A DNA stretch of 64,000 nucleotides from Phoronis australis (GCA_002633005.1 NMRA01000036.1:919656-983655); one strand, 5' to 3'; counted from the first letter of the stretch, positions 21,801-36,800 are shown. Notes: generated by a model from the sequence alone, not told the origin. Numbers and translations: made by a program.

Positions 21801-24800
21801 TTATGTGCTCACATATACCATGTGTGGTCACATATTGCTGTCATCTCTGTACAGCGTTCGGGTGTTTGGCGACTGCAGATGTATGTCTAAAACCTCTTGA
21901 TAATGGTCAAGAAAGTTGGAAGATGTGTTCTTATGAAGTTCATGTAGTATTTTATGTTTGCCTCTGTATCTTTGACGTTTTTTGATGGATTTTTCAGGAA
22001 ATTTGGCTATTAAGAAGACGAAAATGCCTTCTGATTTTCAGACAGATTTGATGTATTTTGCACATCCTAGTTGCTGCTTGTATTATTCCCCCATTTTCTA
22101 TGTACAAAGACATCTTAATTTAATTTAATTTGTGATAAAGTTTCATGTTAATAATAGCTTTGCTGTTTGCAATAAACAAAGTAAGCTTTGAGGCTGTGAA
22201 CTCTTTTGTTAGTGAGAAAGATCAAGAAGTCAAAGTTGAACGGGACCAACTGGAGTTGTACAAAAGGAACCTAGAGTGCCAGCTGCGTGAATTAGAGGAA
22301 GAATTCGAAGTACAGAAGCGGGAAATGAACACAGGTGAGACAATAGCAGGTGTTGCAAAAGGCACAATATATTGACTTTAAATCATAGCTTTAACGGATT
22401 TGACAAATTTTTCGTGATACATGGCACATAGGTTTTTTAAAGAGGTAACAGTCAGTTGAGTGTGATGTATCATATGTCACCTAGTGGCCACTTTTTATGC
22501 GCCCACATATTTATATGTGGACGCATTATGCCGTCATCTCTATCCGTCCGTCCGGGCGGCGTCCGTCCGGCGTCTGGCGTCCGGCGTCCGCTGCTCTATC
22601 TCCAAATCCTTTGACATACGTTCATGAAATTTGGCACATATGTTCCATTCATGAATGGGACGGCATGTGCGAACTTTCGGACGGATCCGACTACCGGTGT
22701 GCCCCCTAGTGGCAATTTTAGTTTTTTACTCTTACCTTTGTATCTTCAAAATTCCTGAACGGATTTTCATGAAATTTGGTATGTAGGCACCTATTAGTGA
22801 GATGACGCTATCCTGTCGTTTTCAGATGGATTCGACATAGTTTGCGCCACCTAGTGGCCATTTTTAGTGTTTTCGAGTCTGTTTTTGTGCGTCCACCCCT
22901 CTATCAACCAAACCGCTCAAAGGATGATTGTGAAAATTGGCATGTATATGCTTACTATGTAGAGGACGGTTGACGATGATTTTCCGACGATTTCGACTAC
23001 TGTGGCGCCTCCTAGTGGCAGTTTTGTTTTTTTGCGCCTATGGCTGTATCTCCTAAACCGTTCGCAGGATCTTTACAAATTGTGTAAGTATATTTATATG
23101 ATGTTAACAACGGAAGATGACGACTTTTGGTCGGATCCGACTACCGGTGTGCCCCCTAGTGGCAATTTTAGTTTTTTACGCTTACCTTTGTATCTTCAAA
23201 AGTATTGAACGGATTTTCATGAAATTTGGTATGTAGGCACCTATTAGTGAGATGACGCTATCCTACTGTTTTCAGATGGATTCGACGTAGTTTGCGCCAC
23301 CTAGTGGCCATTTTTACTGTTTTCGAGTCTGTATTTTTGCGTCCACCCCTCTATCAACCAAACCGCTCAAAGGATGATTGTGAAAATTGGCGTGTATGTG
23401 CTTACTATAAGGAAGACAGCTGACAATGATTTTCAGACGATTTGGACTACTGTGGCGCCTCCTAGTGGCAGTTTTTTTTTTTTGCGCCCATGGCTGTATC
23501 TCCCAAACCGTTTGCAGGATCTTTACTAAATTTAGCAAGTGTATTTATGTGATGTTGACAACGGACGATGACGACTTTAGGATGATTCTGACTACCGGTA
23601 TGCCTCTAGTGGCAATTTTAGTATTTGCCTCTAGTGGCAATTTTAGTATTTTACATTGACCTCTGTATTTTCATAGGTCTTCAGGTGTATACTTTGTGTT
23701 ACTTCGTGACTATGAAGGAAAAGTTCCAAGTAGAAATTTGTTTCTGGCTTTCTAATGCTGTGCTAATCTCGTATGTTGGTAAATTTGTTTTTAATTCTAT
23801 GTTTCTGTGGTGCTTTAAGCAACTGGTGTATAGGATGTGCTTGTATTATGAAGATTACTCACATTTTGCCCCTAGCCTATTGAGGAGACAATGACTTATG
23901 CCTTTCCATTTTGCAAAGTACAACATACTACATATATACCCTCTACTGGCCACTTTATGGTACCAATAAACAACCCTAGAAGGATACCGTATGCGGTGCA
24001 ATTGTGGGCGCATTTCAACGCCCTGCGTTGCTCTTGTATTATTTTGAGTCTGTTTTTTGGCAACCGCTCTCTATTGGCCACATCACTTTTAAGGATCAAT
24101 ATGAGAATTGACATTTTTGTTCCTACTGGAAAGTGCATGGCTTACGACAATTTTCAAATAGTTCTCGATTGCGTGTCGCCCTCTTGTGGAAATTTTACAT
24201 TTTTTCTCTGAGCTCTTTTGTGGTTCATCATAAATTTTGGCATGTGTTTCTATTGAGAGAGGCTGCTTGGGTTAATGCCAAGAACCCTCTTTAAATAGAC
24301 ACGGAAGCATCAGACTTAAGTTGTCTGATACGTGGTCCAGGGCCTTGCAGTTGTTGTCTATTAACACTGGTAGAGGGTGACTTTTTGCTGGAAACATTCA
24401 GTAGTCAATCCCCAGTAAAAAGACCCAGGCAACTCCACAATGTTGGGGAAAATTATTTTGCAGTAAGTTCCAGAGGTTGTGATATATATTTTTTTTTTTT
24501 ATTTTCTCTGTGTTTCTGTTTGCAAGCTACGCAGTTCATTTCTAATCTGAGTGACATGAAATTTACCCATAGCATATGTCTTGCCATTGGCTTAAAGCCT
24601 AGTAGTTTTTATTGAAATATAACAAAAGATGTTGTTGTGCCGTCCATTTTTCGATTTGTTTACTTGTAGAGTTACACCTCTGCTTTCCTTTAAGGATCTT
24701 TCTGAGATTTAGTGTGAAGGTAGATCTTGTTAAGTGCTATCAGGAATGTTGCATCTGTTTTTGCTATGGCTTAGTGTTCTCAAGTTGTTTGAGATTTTCT

Positions 24801-27800
24801 GATAATAGTACAGTAACTGCTCTTTTATTGAACGATGCCTTGCTGCACTTTTGTTGGTTTATATATTGTAGATGACTAATTTGTAACTTGATGTTTCACC
24901 ATTTATGAGCAGCTTATTCTCATCACCCTCATCTTCATCAAATAGTGTCTGATGTTAAATGTTAATCATTCAATTTCATAGTTATGCTATCTTCATTGAC
25001 ACACATGTGATACCAGTGCTTTTTTCGTGAAGTCTGCTGGGACGTTTTCTCATGTTTGCCTAGGAATTCTCATGTGATTATGAGATCTGTGCAACCTGGG
25101 CTGTCACGTGAATCCTCTTTTCCTGCAGCAAGCTAAATAGTTTTGTCTTCTAAACTTTCTAGGCTTTGAATCTGCTATAAAAAAACAGGAGCAGGCACAC
25201 AAGCTTCTGGTTGACAAACTCAACGCAACTGTACAAGCTCACGAGATGAAGGTAATATAACTGTGTTTTGTGCAAGTAATAATTTGACGTAATTCGGCCA
25301 CATTATTTGTTGGGTCTGAAGGCTTTCATGGTTTTCTTATTTGTAGTTTTCACAAGTTCTTAATGTTCTGTATGCTGAGCTGTTTTCACCTTCACGTTAG
25401 AGACTTAGAAGAGCAGAGACCGGGCTGCATGAAATGAATTGATCCAAACTTGCCAGGCTGAAAAAAGTTTGTGTGTGCAAAGTGTATTGTAGCACTACTG
25501 CACTGCCTTCTTCTCAATACATTGCAGTTGTCACCAGTGCAATTGAGTATACTCCCAGTAAGGATAGAATGTGTTCTTAACACGAAACCAACCACAATGA
25601 CAATGCATGAGCATTATGAAAATGTCAGTTGCAGTCATGATTGGTGTGTTATACACATGTGTACAAGAGTTGAAATAAAATGCATGTTTGTTATACCTTT
25701 GACTTTGGGTTTTTGGACTTGCATGTGTCTCTTTTGTGTATTCAGTTGTACTGTGTGTAATTTAGAAGTTTTTGGCAATTAACGTGTCAGGTAAAACTTC
25801 TGAGCAAGGAGCTAGAACAGTTAAAGTCGACTCAAGAGAAGGAGGGAGAAGAGTTAAGTTGTATGGAGGGCCAACAGAGGGAGCTGGAGAAAGCACTCAA
25901 GCAGGCAAGATGGCAACTGGAGGACACAAAGGCAATGAATGGTGCAAGGTGGGAAGTGGTCATTGGTTCAACTTTGAGTTCCAGCAACAAGAAAACACAC
26001 GGAAAGAACAGATTCAGTTATTTGAAATGTGTGATTTATTAAACAAAAAGTATAAGAGCTTGATCAGTTAAGCAGCAGTGCTGCGGTTTTTGTAAATAAT
26101 ATATAAGGGATGTTTTTGTCAGTTGTCTCGAGCAGTTTGTGACACAATTACTGATGCTGTATAGTTAACTGTGGCAACACTTGCAGAATAAGTGAACTGG
26201 AGACTGTAGCCCAGCAAACTGAAATGTTAATGAAACGGCAGAGAGAAGAGTTTCAGAGAAAGTAAGTAGTCAGTCTGTTATGTAATGCATTGTGACATAC
26301 TTGTCTGGCTTAATGCTCATGTTCGACCAAATGTATCCACCCACAATTTTCCATTTCACACACCCACTCTCAATTTATACAGCCAAATCTTGCGATTACT
26401 TAAATTACCCATGCACACCTCATCTCCTGAAATGCACACAATTCGCTTGTCTTGCACATTGTCTGCATTCTGTCCAATTTTTATACATCTTCTTTTTCAG
26501 GCACACACGCATGCATATGTATGTGGATATATATTTATATCAAACGAGCACATATGCATATAGTGGTGTGGTTGGCCATAGTTTTACATACATTTAATTT
26601 GTAAATGATGGAACAAACTATGCATTTTAACTGTTTTGACTAAGGGTAATGTATTTTGACTGAGGGCAATGCAGTTTTATGAAGGTTATGTATTTTAGCT
26701 TGTATTTGCTTGTACCTCATGTGTACGTAAAGTACGATACTCATCTGCCTTTTAGTGTGGCATATTTTTCAAGTTCATGTGTGATAAAGATTACAGGTTC
26801 AACAGGTGCCATGGAAGAAAGAGTTATTTTGGCTACTTTCGTTCCCAAAGTTTGAATTTCTAAAAGTAGGCCCATACTCATATATTTTTTTAAAATCCTT
26901 GGTGATCACTCAATCTTTTTGTTCTTAAAAGCAATGGCATATTTTTATAATTGTGTGAGTTCTCAAACTTATTATTTTTCTCAGACATGATGTTTTTTCT
27001 TTAGTTTATTTGCTAAAAGTTGAGTGTCTGAATGAACAATTGTACTTCATAACATCAGTGTATATTGAGGCGTCCTCAGCTGGTAATTATATACTTATTC
27101 TTGATTGTTGGTATCCCGATCTGTACAGAGTGGCTATTTAATATATAGCTATTTCCATACAGTTCACTGTCTTATCTAACTGGGCAATATTTGAGGAAGG
27201 AGAGCATTGGTGGAGGCCGGAAGGAGAAACAAAAATCTAATGATCATGAAATCAAATAATTTAAGTGCATGATGACCTAAACACGTAATGTGGTTTGCAT
27301 CCAAGACATTGAATTTATTACCCTATGGAACATATTTGCCTGCCATTTGACATCCTGCTTTCCAAAACTCAAGATAGTTTAAAGATATTGGGAAAGAAGA
27401 TCCCTGTCAAATCAAAGTAGATGGTAATTTTTGGCCGTGATATGAGTAGCAATAAATGCATGCATGACACGTGCATTTTCTAAATGTTTTAGGTATGCTG
27501 AAATGGACAGACAGAGCCGTGAGCATGCGTCATGCCTGACCAAGGCCAAGAAAGCCCATTGCACAAGAGAGGGAGAGTTACAGGCCTCTCTCAACCACTT
27601 GCAGAGTAAACTGGAGGAGGGGGAGATAGAGATGAGAAGACAAGGCTGGAGTCATTCTGATGCAATAAAGGAGAAAGATGTTGTTATTGAAAAGTTTGTG
27701 GATGAGTTTTTCATTCCTGTTAATGCTCAATTGTATTTCCTCCATAGCTCGCTCCTGTCACCTCTTTTTGAGGCGGAATATCTTGGCGTTACTATTTCCA

Positions 27801-30800
27801 ACAATCTCACCTGGAATTCTCATATTAATACAACAGCGACCTCTGTTAGTAAAACTCTTAGCTTTCTGAGATGAAGCAGTTATCAAAATTAAAGATATAG
27901 CTTATGCTGCTCTAATCTGCTCAAAACTAGAGTACTGTCCAGCAGTATGGTCAACTCACACAAAAGCTCCCACTCACAAGATTGAAGTGGTGCAGCGACA
28001 AGCTGCAAGATTTGCGGTGAATAGATACCACAATACTTTCTTAGTCGGTGAAATGATCAAATCATTTAACCTCTAACACTCCTTCCCCTCTACAACAATC
28101 TTCTGGAACAACCTATGTGCCCACATCGTTGGTGCTGCCTCTCTGGATCACTTCCAGAGAGTCTTCCTCATGTTAGACATCACTGCACTTCGTGCACATT
28201 GCACTTCTCCCTCACACTACACTTTTGTGCATTACACACATCTCACCATAACACTTTTAATTTCATAACACGCACCACTTCAAAATACTCGACTTTGAGT
28301 GTGAAGTTTTTGAAAAGTCGAAGCAGTTCCAAGCTTTTTATTTCATTCAAAACTGATTATTGAATAATTATGTAACAACATAAATCAGACAAGTTTTTCT
28401 TTTGAAATGTACAATGCATCATTCCCGTGCAATCCTGACAATTAGGGTCTGCAGCGCTGAAGTTGTGACAATTTGGGACTGTGTGACAGTTGGAGCCTGC
28501 ACTGGTTCAACAGAGCACTGACTCAACTTTGGCACCTCATAGATTTTTTTTGAATTTGGAAAAGAAGTTTCTATCAAGGAGCTGACGTTTTTATTTTTTT
28601 GGACGGATTGGACATATTCTGTGGCACCTAGTAAACCTTTTTTGGAGTTCAATTTTAGTGTCTGACAGGTCTGACAACTGTGGCACCCCGCAGTGGTGAC
28701 TTTTGTTTTCTTATGTACACGATTGTATCTCCTTAATCCTCTGCAGGATCTTTTTGAAATTTTCCTGTAAATGTGAGAATAGCTACCCACGTGTAACTTG
28801 ACAGGCAGTCTTTAAATGACTTATATTTCAATGATTTAGATTACAAGATGAACTGAACAAAGTAAAGGAAAAATGGAGCACCCATGTGGCAGAGACATCA
28901 CGCAACACTGTCGAGCGAGATTTGGAAATGCAATCACTGCGAGACAACGATGAGAAACAAAAGACGAGCCTAGCCTGTGTGAAGCAAGACATTGTGAGGT
29001 GGTATATTACGTACATATAGTTCTCAATTATTTTATGATAGGATGACTTTTGATTGGCCTGTATTTACAATGCACCAGACATATGGAGAGGGGATATTCA
29101 TTATTTTCTTTAGATGTATGTTTGATTAAAATGGAGCTTGATAATCTATATCCTGGGGCTGTGTCTGGACAGCCTCATAATTTTGTGCAGCTCTTGATCA
29201 CATGCTTTTGGCCCAGTTTTGTGAGCGCTGTACACTGAACGATTTCCTATTTCCATCAGCTTTTTATGCATTCATAATCCGTTTGTGGGTGCATATTGCA
29301 GTCATCTCTGCCTGGACGTCTGGTTTCTGCTGCAGCTGTATCTCCTAAAGCCCTTGCAGGATTTGATGAGATTTAGCACATATATTATTTAGAGCTGATG
29401 GCACACGAGGACAAGTTTGGCCCAGTCCAACTACCGTTGCGCTCCCTAGTGACAGCTTTTTTACATTTTGCCTCTGTATTTTTGGACTTACTTGATGTAT
29501 TTTTAGTGAAATTGGCAAATAAGGTTCTATTAAGAAGACATCACCTTCCCATTTGACATGCTTTGCGTCTCCTATTGGCAATTTTCAAGTTCATGTTTGG
29601 CTCTGGCCTCTCTATCTGCCTACTGCTCAAACCCACCAAACTGCAAAAAGGTATTTGCAAGGCAATTCAATTTGTTCATTGTAAAATCTGACTCATTCAG
29701 TATATGATATTGTGGATAACATTTTCTTATATTTTTATGCATCCTCATATATATCTACTGTCATCTCTTTCCGTCCACTGTATAGACTTGTTAGTTGTTT
29801 ACGAAATTTTGCGGACAAGTTCCTACCATAGATAGGACAGCGCGAGCGGACATATTCGACTACCACTGCCCCCTACTGGCAATTTGTGATATTTTACAGT
29901 AATTTAGTTCTATCCTTCTCGTTTTCTGTTTCAGGTACAAAAAAGATCTCAAAGACTCAATAGAGAGAGAGGCTGCGCTGGAGAGGTCTAAGGCCCAGCT
30001 GGATATTGACTGGCAACGAAGGTATGAGGACACACAGAGGAGCATGTACACCCAATCAGAAGAACTAGTCAGCAGTCTGACCACAGCTCATAACCATGTA
30101 GGTACAGCCTGTTTCAACTTTGTGAATTGGTGTTAACTAAGGCTTGACAAGATATTGCTTGGATCGACTCTCTTAATATCATTCCTTTTACTAGATTATT
30201 GGCCTCCCTGTCAATGATAGTTACACCCGACCAGTCAATGATGTGGTTTTCTCTAGCTGTATGGTCTGTGATTGCAGATTTATTAATACTCACTTAAAGA
30301 CGCTTTTCTAGTGGCTCTGGTGAAGGTTTCATTAACAGTCATCTCCTCAACCTCTTTTTGATGTTCCTTGAGACGATATTTAAAATTCGTAGAAGTCTTG
30401 CCAATATATGTTCGATCATAGGAGGAGCAAAGTATTTTGTAGACAACATCACTAGAAGTTTTAATGTCCCGTTTATCCTTCAGATGTACCAACACACTCC
30501 GCAAGGTCGTGTGTGGCTTCATCACCGTTCTGATACCTTACTTCCTGTACACTCTACTCAGAGCCTCAGAATCGCCCTTGATATACGGTTTCATTGCTGG
30601 ACCCCTGGTGTCGTCCTCATCCTTCTTTTCTGACAAATTTACTACAGATATACATTTCGACAAAGCCCATTTTGGGTAAACACACCATGGGAAAGCTGTA
30701 TCTATAGGAGTCTCTTTCTCCAACCTGTCCTGATGGTCACACACTTATGTATGGTTCCTATTATTAATAGTGCACACAAATCAATTCTTACACTTTGATT

Positions 30801-33800
30801 CGTATCATCCGATCCATCAGGAGTTGGCCGTTGTTCATACTATGTATGACATTACAGGGTACAATGTAGGTCAAATCTGTTGGTGAATATTGGACATCCA
30901 GTCCATTAAATATATGCGAAAAAATTAAAAATGATATTGGACTTAATTTCAACTGCGTGTCGTTGCGTCCTCTGCGAGGACTTTCACTAGCAACTGCTGT
31001 GGTGGTGTTCAGTTGAGCACGTAATCGGTGGGAAATGAAACACAGCTCGCTGTCCCATGTCCTGGAGAGTTAGAATTTTAGTCCAGATTGGCGACTCAAA
31101 GAGGGGCATTCAACACCTTTATAGACAGATTCCTTAACACCACGTCTGTACCAATTTTACTCAAGATCCAACATGCGTACATCACTGGTGTCAAATGAAT
31201 GCTGAAATGTAAGACCAGTTAGGTATTAGTTTTAATTTTTTCTGCCAGTAGGCCAAATTCAATTCTATGGAATAGTTATTTATTTGCTAATAAAATATGG
31301 ACATCAATCAATAAACTTCGTTAATATCAAGGCAAAAGCTGGATTTGACCCAAAATCCACACCAGTAGTCAGTATTGAAAATGCATTCAAATTTCATGAA
31401 TTTTCGTCAAGGAACGTGGTAGATATTGAGTCATTGTCAAAAACACAAAATTGCTGCGAGAGAGCCTCTGCTGAACCTGTCTGAAAAACTCTGTCATCCA
31501 TGTTTTTCTTAGAAAAATTCACATTCCAATTTGCATAATGATCCTTAGAGTTGGCCAGTAGACAGACCCAAAAATTGACTAGTGCCAGCACGTTGCCATC
31601 ACATACCTCTATATCAAGTTTTATTGAAATCTGTCGATTGGTTCTCTAGATAAAAATTATCTTCCAGAAATGGTGTTCCCTCAAAGACCATGGCTAACGA
31701 TTATTTTCGGACAACTCTTACTACTGTGGCATCTCTTAGTGGCATTTTTTGCAGCCAAACTGAATCCTTTATGGGATCTTTGTTTAATTTGACGAGTTTG
31801 GAAGTTAATACACAATATTTTATCATAGAATTTAGGTCCTTGGTGTTCACAAACTTTAAGTGAAAATGGATGTTCCGTTTTCTGTTTTTTTTTTTTGAAA
31901 ATGAATTTGCAGGTGTGATATGCAGTGCCATAAAGGACTGTTGAATGATGTTGACATTGTGGTATTTTGTCAAAAGGAGGTTAATGGTGACTTTAAGCAC
32001 TTTAACGATATTACCTAGGCGCTAGCAGAAGTTAAAGAGCTGAAGAGAGTAATCAGTGAAAAAGAAAAGTTGATCAAAACTCTGCACAAGGACCGTGACA
32101 AGGCATTTGCCACTTTACGGCAATACAACATTACCATAGACCATACTGCTGAGGTAAGACACTGTCAACTTAGTTATTGAATGACAGCAATTAATGCTGG
32201 CGCTTACATTGTCATACCAGTACTGAGTTATTCACAGACTGTTTGAAGGCATTTAGTCATTGTATGAGGTTCAGTGGTTGACACTGTGAATTATCTGGCC
32301 CTGGTTGAATTGCTCCTTCCATCCTCTTTCCGGCCCTCTTAAATTAATATCAATCAGTTTTTGCACAGATCCCTCTCTGGCTGTTTCCTCAGTAATTGGA
32401 TTGCTGTCATTCCTTTGAAATTCATCAGGTCTGATAGCTAAAAATCCCTTTTCTTCTTTCAATGTTTCTGATGGTAGCAGTTATGCAGAACTTGTTAAAG
32501 ACACGACACTTGTAGTTTTTGACTGTCTTTATTCCATTCCTTTCATATCTTGGGAACAAAGTTCGACATTCAACAGAACATTGCTTATTAATTAAGTGAC
32601 CAAGAGGTATGATTAAAGACACGATACTTTGAAACATACTTGTTTCATTCTCAAGTGGAAAGAAAATGACACGGTACAGGGCAAGTGTGAAGTATTTCCA
32701 CTTGAGAATGAAACAAGTATGTTTTGAAATACCGTGTGTCTTTTAATCATTTTTCTTGGTCAGTTACTAATTACCAATGTTCTGTTGAATGTCAAACTTT
32801 GTTTTGAGGAAATGAACAAAATGGAATAAAAATAATCAACAACAAGTGTCGTGGCTTTAACAAATTTTGCATAACAGAAAACATGCTACCCAAGTAATAC
32901 AAGGTGGTAGCAGTAAAGTTCATTTCAAGTTCAGGTGCGATTGGTGGGTATTTAGCAAAGCAATTTAACTCTAACAAGTCATCGAAAATCATCCAAAAAT
33001 TTGTAGACTCATTCATGCGCTGATTAGTTAAGTCGGTGGAATAAAATGTTTTAAAATGTGAGCACAGCAAAATTAGGACAAATAAGTCAAAATTGGAAGA
33101 TTAAACTTATGTCCGACGAAGTCTGTCCTCAATTTCTTGTTCACTGGGATTGATATCTTTCTGACCCAGTGGGTTTATAATTAAGTCTACGTGTACTCCA
33201 AATAGAATCTTACTGCCTGATTGTGCAAGAATTCTCCATCCTACTGTTCATCATTTCTTTGTCACACAGTCAAAGACTCCAGCCATTTCCAATCCTCTGA
33301 AGATAAAAACAATGGCTAAATCCCACTTATGATGTGACAATTGAGTTTAATCAATCTAGGATTGTCAGAAAATACTCGTCGAGAGCTACGGCAATTTCAG
33401 TAATTAAGGGGATATTGAGTTTCCTTAAAGTCAAGTAAAAGTTAAAGAAAATCTTTATAGCTAGATAAGAAAAATGTGGAGATTCATGGAAAAACTTTAG
33501 ATTTTTCTTAAAATAAATATAATCTGTAGGGAAGATAAGAAATTATGTTACAAGTAAGACTCCTCATTCCTTGTGTTGGCCAGACATTCCAATTTAGGCT
33601 CCATTATTGGGATGAATGGTTACCAACTAATTGGACCATTTTGTATTCATCTAGCCATTTATTTTATAGAAGTTCATGATCAACACAACAGTCCCTTTGA
33701 AATAACATCTCCGCACTCAGAACAGATGTATCCTCAGCCTGCATGCAAGGTGTACTTGTTTTCTTTCGAATTTATGTATTATTGCAATTGACACTTCAGG

Positions 33801-36800
33801 AGGAAGGTACCACAGATAACCTACAGGTGGCAGATCTAAAAAGGCAGAATGATAACTTGCGCACCGTGATTCGTCAAATGAGAGAGGACATGGAACAGCT
33901 AGGTCATGCGCTGCCACCTGATGACCGTAACAATGGCGACACAGGTAGTAGTCAGATAGTTCGGTTGATTGCAAGATAAATTTTATATTGTGCATGCTGG
34001 TATGAATTTTAATCATTAAAGGGCTAGAAAACATGTTGTCCCAATATGCACGGATTCCAATTTGCTATTAATATATTGCTTCAAAGTCGTTATTAAATAT
34101 TTATTACAAATTTATACTTCTATGGTACCGTTGTTCTTTGCGACACTGTCTTGTGAAGTAAATGGGGAATGGTAATGTTTGCCAGAGTTTGCTTTTAATT
34201 TTTGTACTACATGGATCTGATCTCTTTTGACTTGTGGTATTTGTGGTTTACAATAATATTATTTCATTTGTTAAATCTGTCTTTGGGAACAATGTGCACA
34301 GGGTAATTGTGGTCTCAATGTCTGGCCATCCAAAGATATTCAGCATTGTATTTTGCTCAGCCTAACTTTCACACAGTGAAACAAGAAAATCAATTCTTGC
34401 CAAGGGCAATTTTTTAAAAAGACCTCTCTAACTTTCGCTTTTCGGCAGGTATCATCAATAGTATGCTTCATTCTGTGGGTTGTCATGTGGTGATATTAGT
34501 TTTTAAACACCTTAAAAGGTGACGTAACGAATGTTGATAAAGTTTGTGAAGACTTCTTAATGGTATGATTGTCATCCAGTTTGATCAACAACTGGACATC
34601 CAGATGACAATTTCAAGTGTGAATACTGCTAAACTGGTCTCTCAATTATTGTTTTTACTTGCTACAAAACTTCATAACAGCTGAACACATGTCAAAATAA
34701 TTACAGAACTGTTGTTTTATTGGTGCGGAGACCTCTGTTCAGTAAAATTTTTAAATTTTTATGCACCCACATAGTTATATTTAGTATGTGGGTGCATTAT
34801 GCCATCACCCCTATCCAAAAACCCCATAATGGGAGTTCATGATATTTTGCGGACGTGCTTATCATGGATGGGATGGCATGAACAAATTTTCTGGCTGATA
34901 TGACTACCATGTACCCTGTAAATCTTTAAGTTCACCTCTGAAAGTTCCATAATGGATTTTCATGAAATTTTGCAAATACGAATCTCTTAAGGAGACGACA
35001 CTGCCTTCTCATTTTTGGATGGATTTGATGTATTCAGCATCACTTACTGTTTGTTTTTACTATTTTCAAGTCTTTCTTTCTATCCAACAAACCACTCTTA
35101 AGGACTATAATGGAAATTTGCATGTGTGTTCCTGCTGGGAAGAGTGCACCTGACAATGATTTTTGGAGGGCTCACATTACTGTGGCACCCCCTAGTGGCA
35201 GTTTTGGTTTTCTTGGTTGTGGCTGCATCTCCCAAACCTTGTAGGATATTTGTTAAATTTGACTGGTGTATTTCTAGGAACATGAGAACAGGTGACGACA
35301 ACTTTTGGATGGATCAGATTACTGTTGTGCAGTTTACTTTCATTTGTTATTTATTTTGTATGTTCAGAGTTCTATGACCAATTTTCATAACACATGGCAA
35401 TTGGGTTTGCTGGCGACAATCGTAACTCCCGGCTCTAACTACACTGCAACAGTTTACTTATTTCAGAGTACACCTTACTTGTTTTTGAACTAGTTCTTTG
35501 AAGCAAATTACAGTTGGACGCTAGTCCAGGCAGTGAGTGCTGAATTGAAAAATGTCAAAAGTGGATGGTAGTGCTTACGTGAGTAGGGGCATAAACCCAA
35601 ATGTTTATTGTAAGAACCATCTCCATGTGATTCAATTGACAATTGCCTCTGGGTAACTGTCTCTCAGCCTGTTTTTTGTTTGCCCTGACATCTTGCATTA
35701 AAACGTGTAGGAAAACTTTCTTTATGATGAGTTGATGGTGACTGTGGTTGCTCATCATTTATGCTTTGTAAATTTATGATCTCTATTTGTATGACACGCC
35801 AGACTGTACTGCTTTCAACATTTTGTTTTCCCTTAGATTATTCAAATCAACTGGAAGCAGAAGTTTCTCGCACAAAAGCCAAAAATAGAGAGCTTCAGCT
35901 GGAAATCGAACAACTACGACAACCATCGAACCACGACAAAATTCCCAACGCAGTACTTAAGGACATGGCCGACAATACTCTGGTGAGAACACATGTGGAG
36001 TCATTGAACAGCATGGTGGGGAGTCTACGCAGTGAAAAGATGGAACTTGCAGCTCAGGTGAAGAAGTCCCAGGCAAGAATAGAGCATCTGGAGAGGTTGA
36101 ACGATCAACTATCTAAACAGGTGAATCAGCGCCTCAGTTCATTATAAAATATCTAACAGGGATCCAACAGGTAACCAAACTCTCAAAACTGCCTTTTTGT
36201 GCACTGTGTGTACACAAAAGTCATGTGGATTCATATGGCAATGATCTCCATCATTATCCCAGCATGCACTGATGTATCTCCTAAACTGCCGGTGGGATCT
36301 TCATGAAATTTGGCAGGTGTGTTCCTAGAATGACAGATGACAGCAATTTTCAGAGGAATCCGACTACTGGTGTGCCCCTTATTATACCTGCCACCTCTTC
36401 TATTTTGGGTGAAAGATGTATGGTTTTTATGCGCCCACATATTTATAGGTGGTCGCATATTGCCGCCATCTCTGTCTGTCAGGACATCCGGCGTCCACAG
36501 CTGTATCTCCTAAACCCCTCACAGGATCTTGATGAGATTCGACAGATGTGTTCCTTAGAAGCTGACGACGAATGACAACGAATTTCGGACCTCTCCGACT
36601 ACTGGTGTGCTCCCTAGTGGCAATTTTAGTTTTTTACGCTTACCTCTGTATCTTCGGAAGTCCTCAATGGATTTTCACTAAAATTGGAATATAGGCATCT
36701 ATTAGTGAGATGAAACTATCCTCTCGTTTTTGGATGGATTCAACATAGTTTGCGCCACCTAGTGGCTTTTTTACTGTTTTCGAGTCTGTTTTTGACGTCC

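Noticed and set aside
22497-24211. Recurrent similar ORFs here and at 36-37 kb, 42.4 kb and 60-64 kb suggesting a gene family
   Set aside because: They are chance translations of the non-coding HINE repeat.
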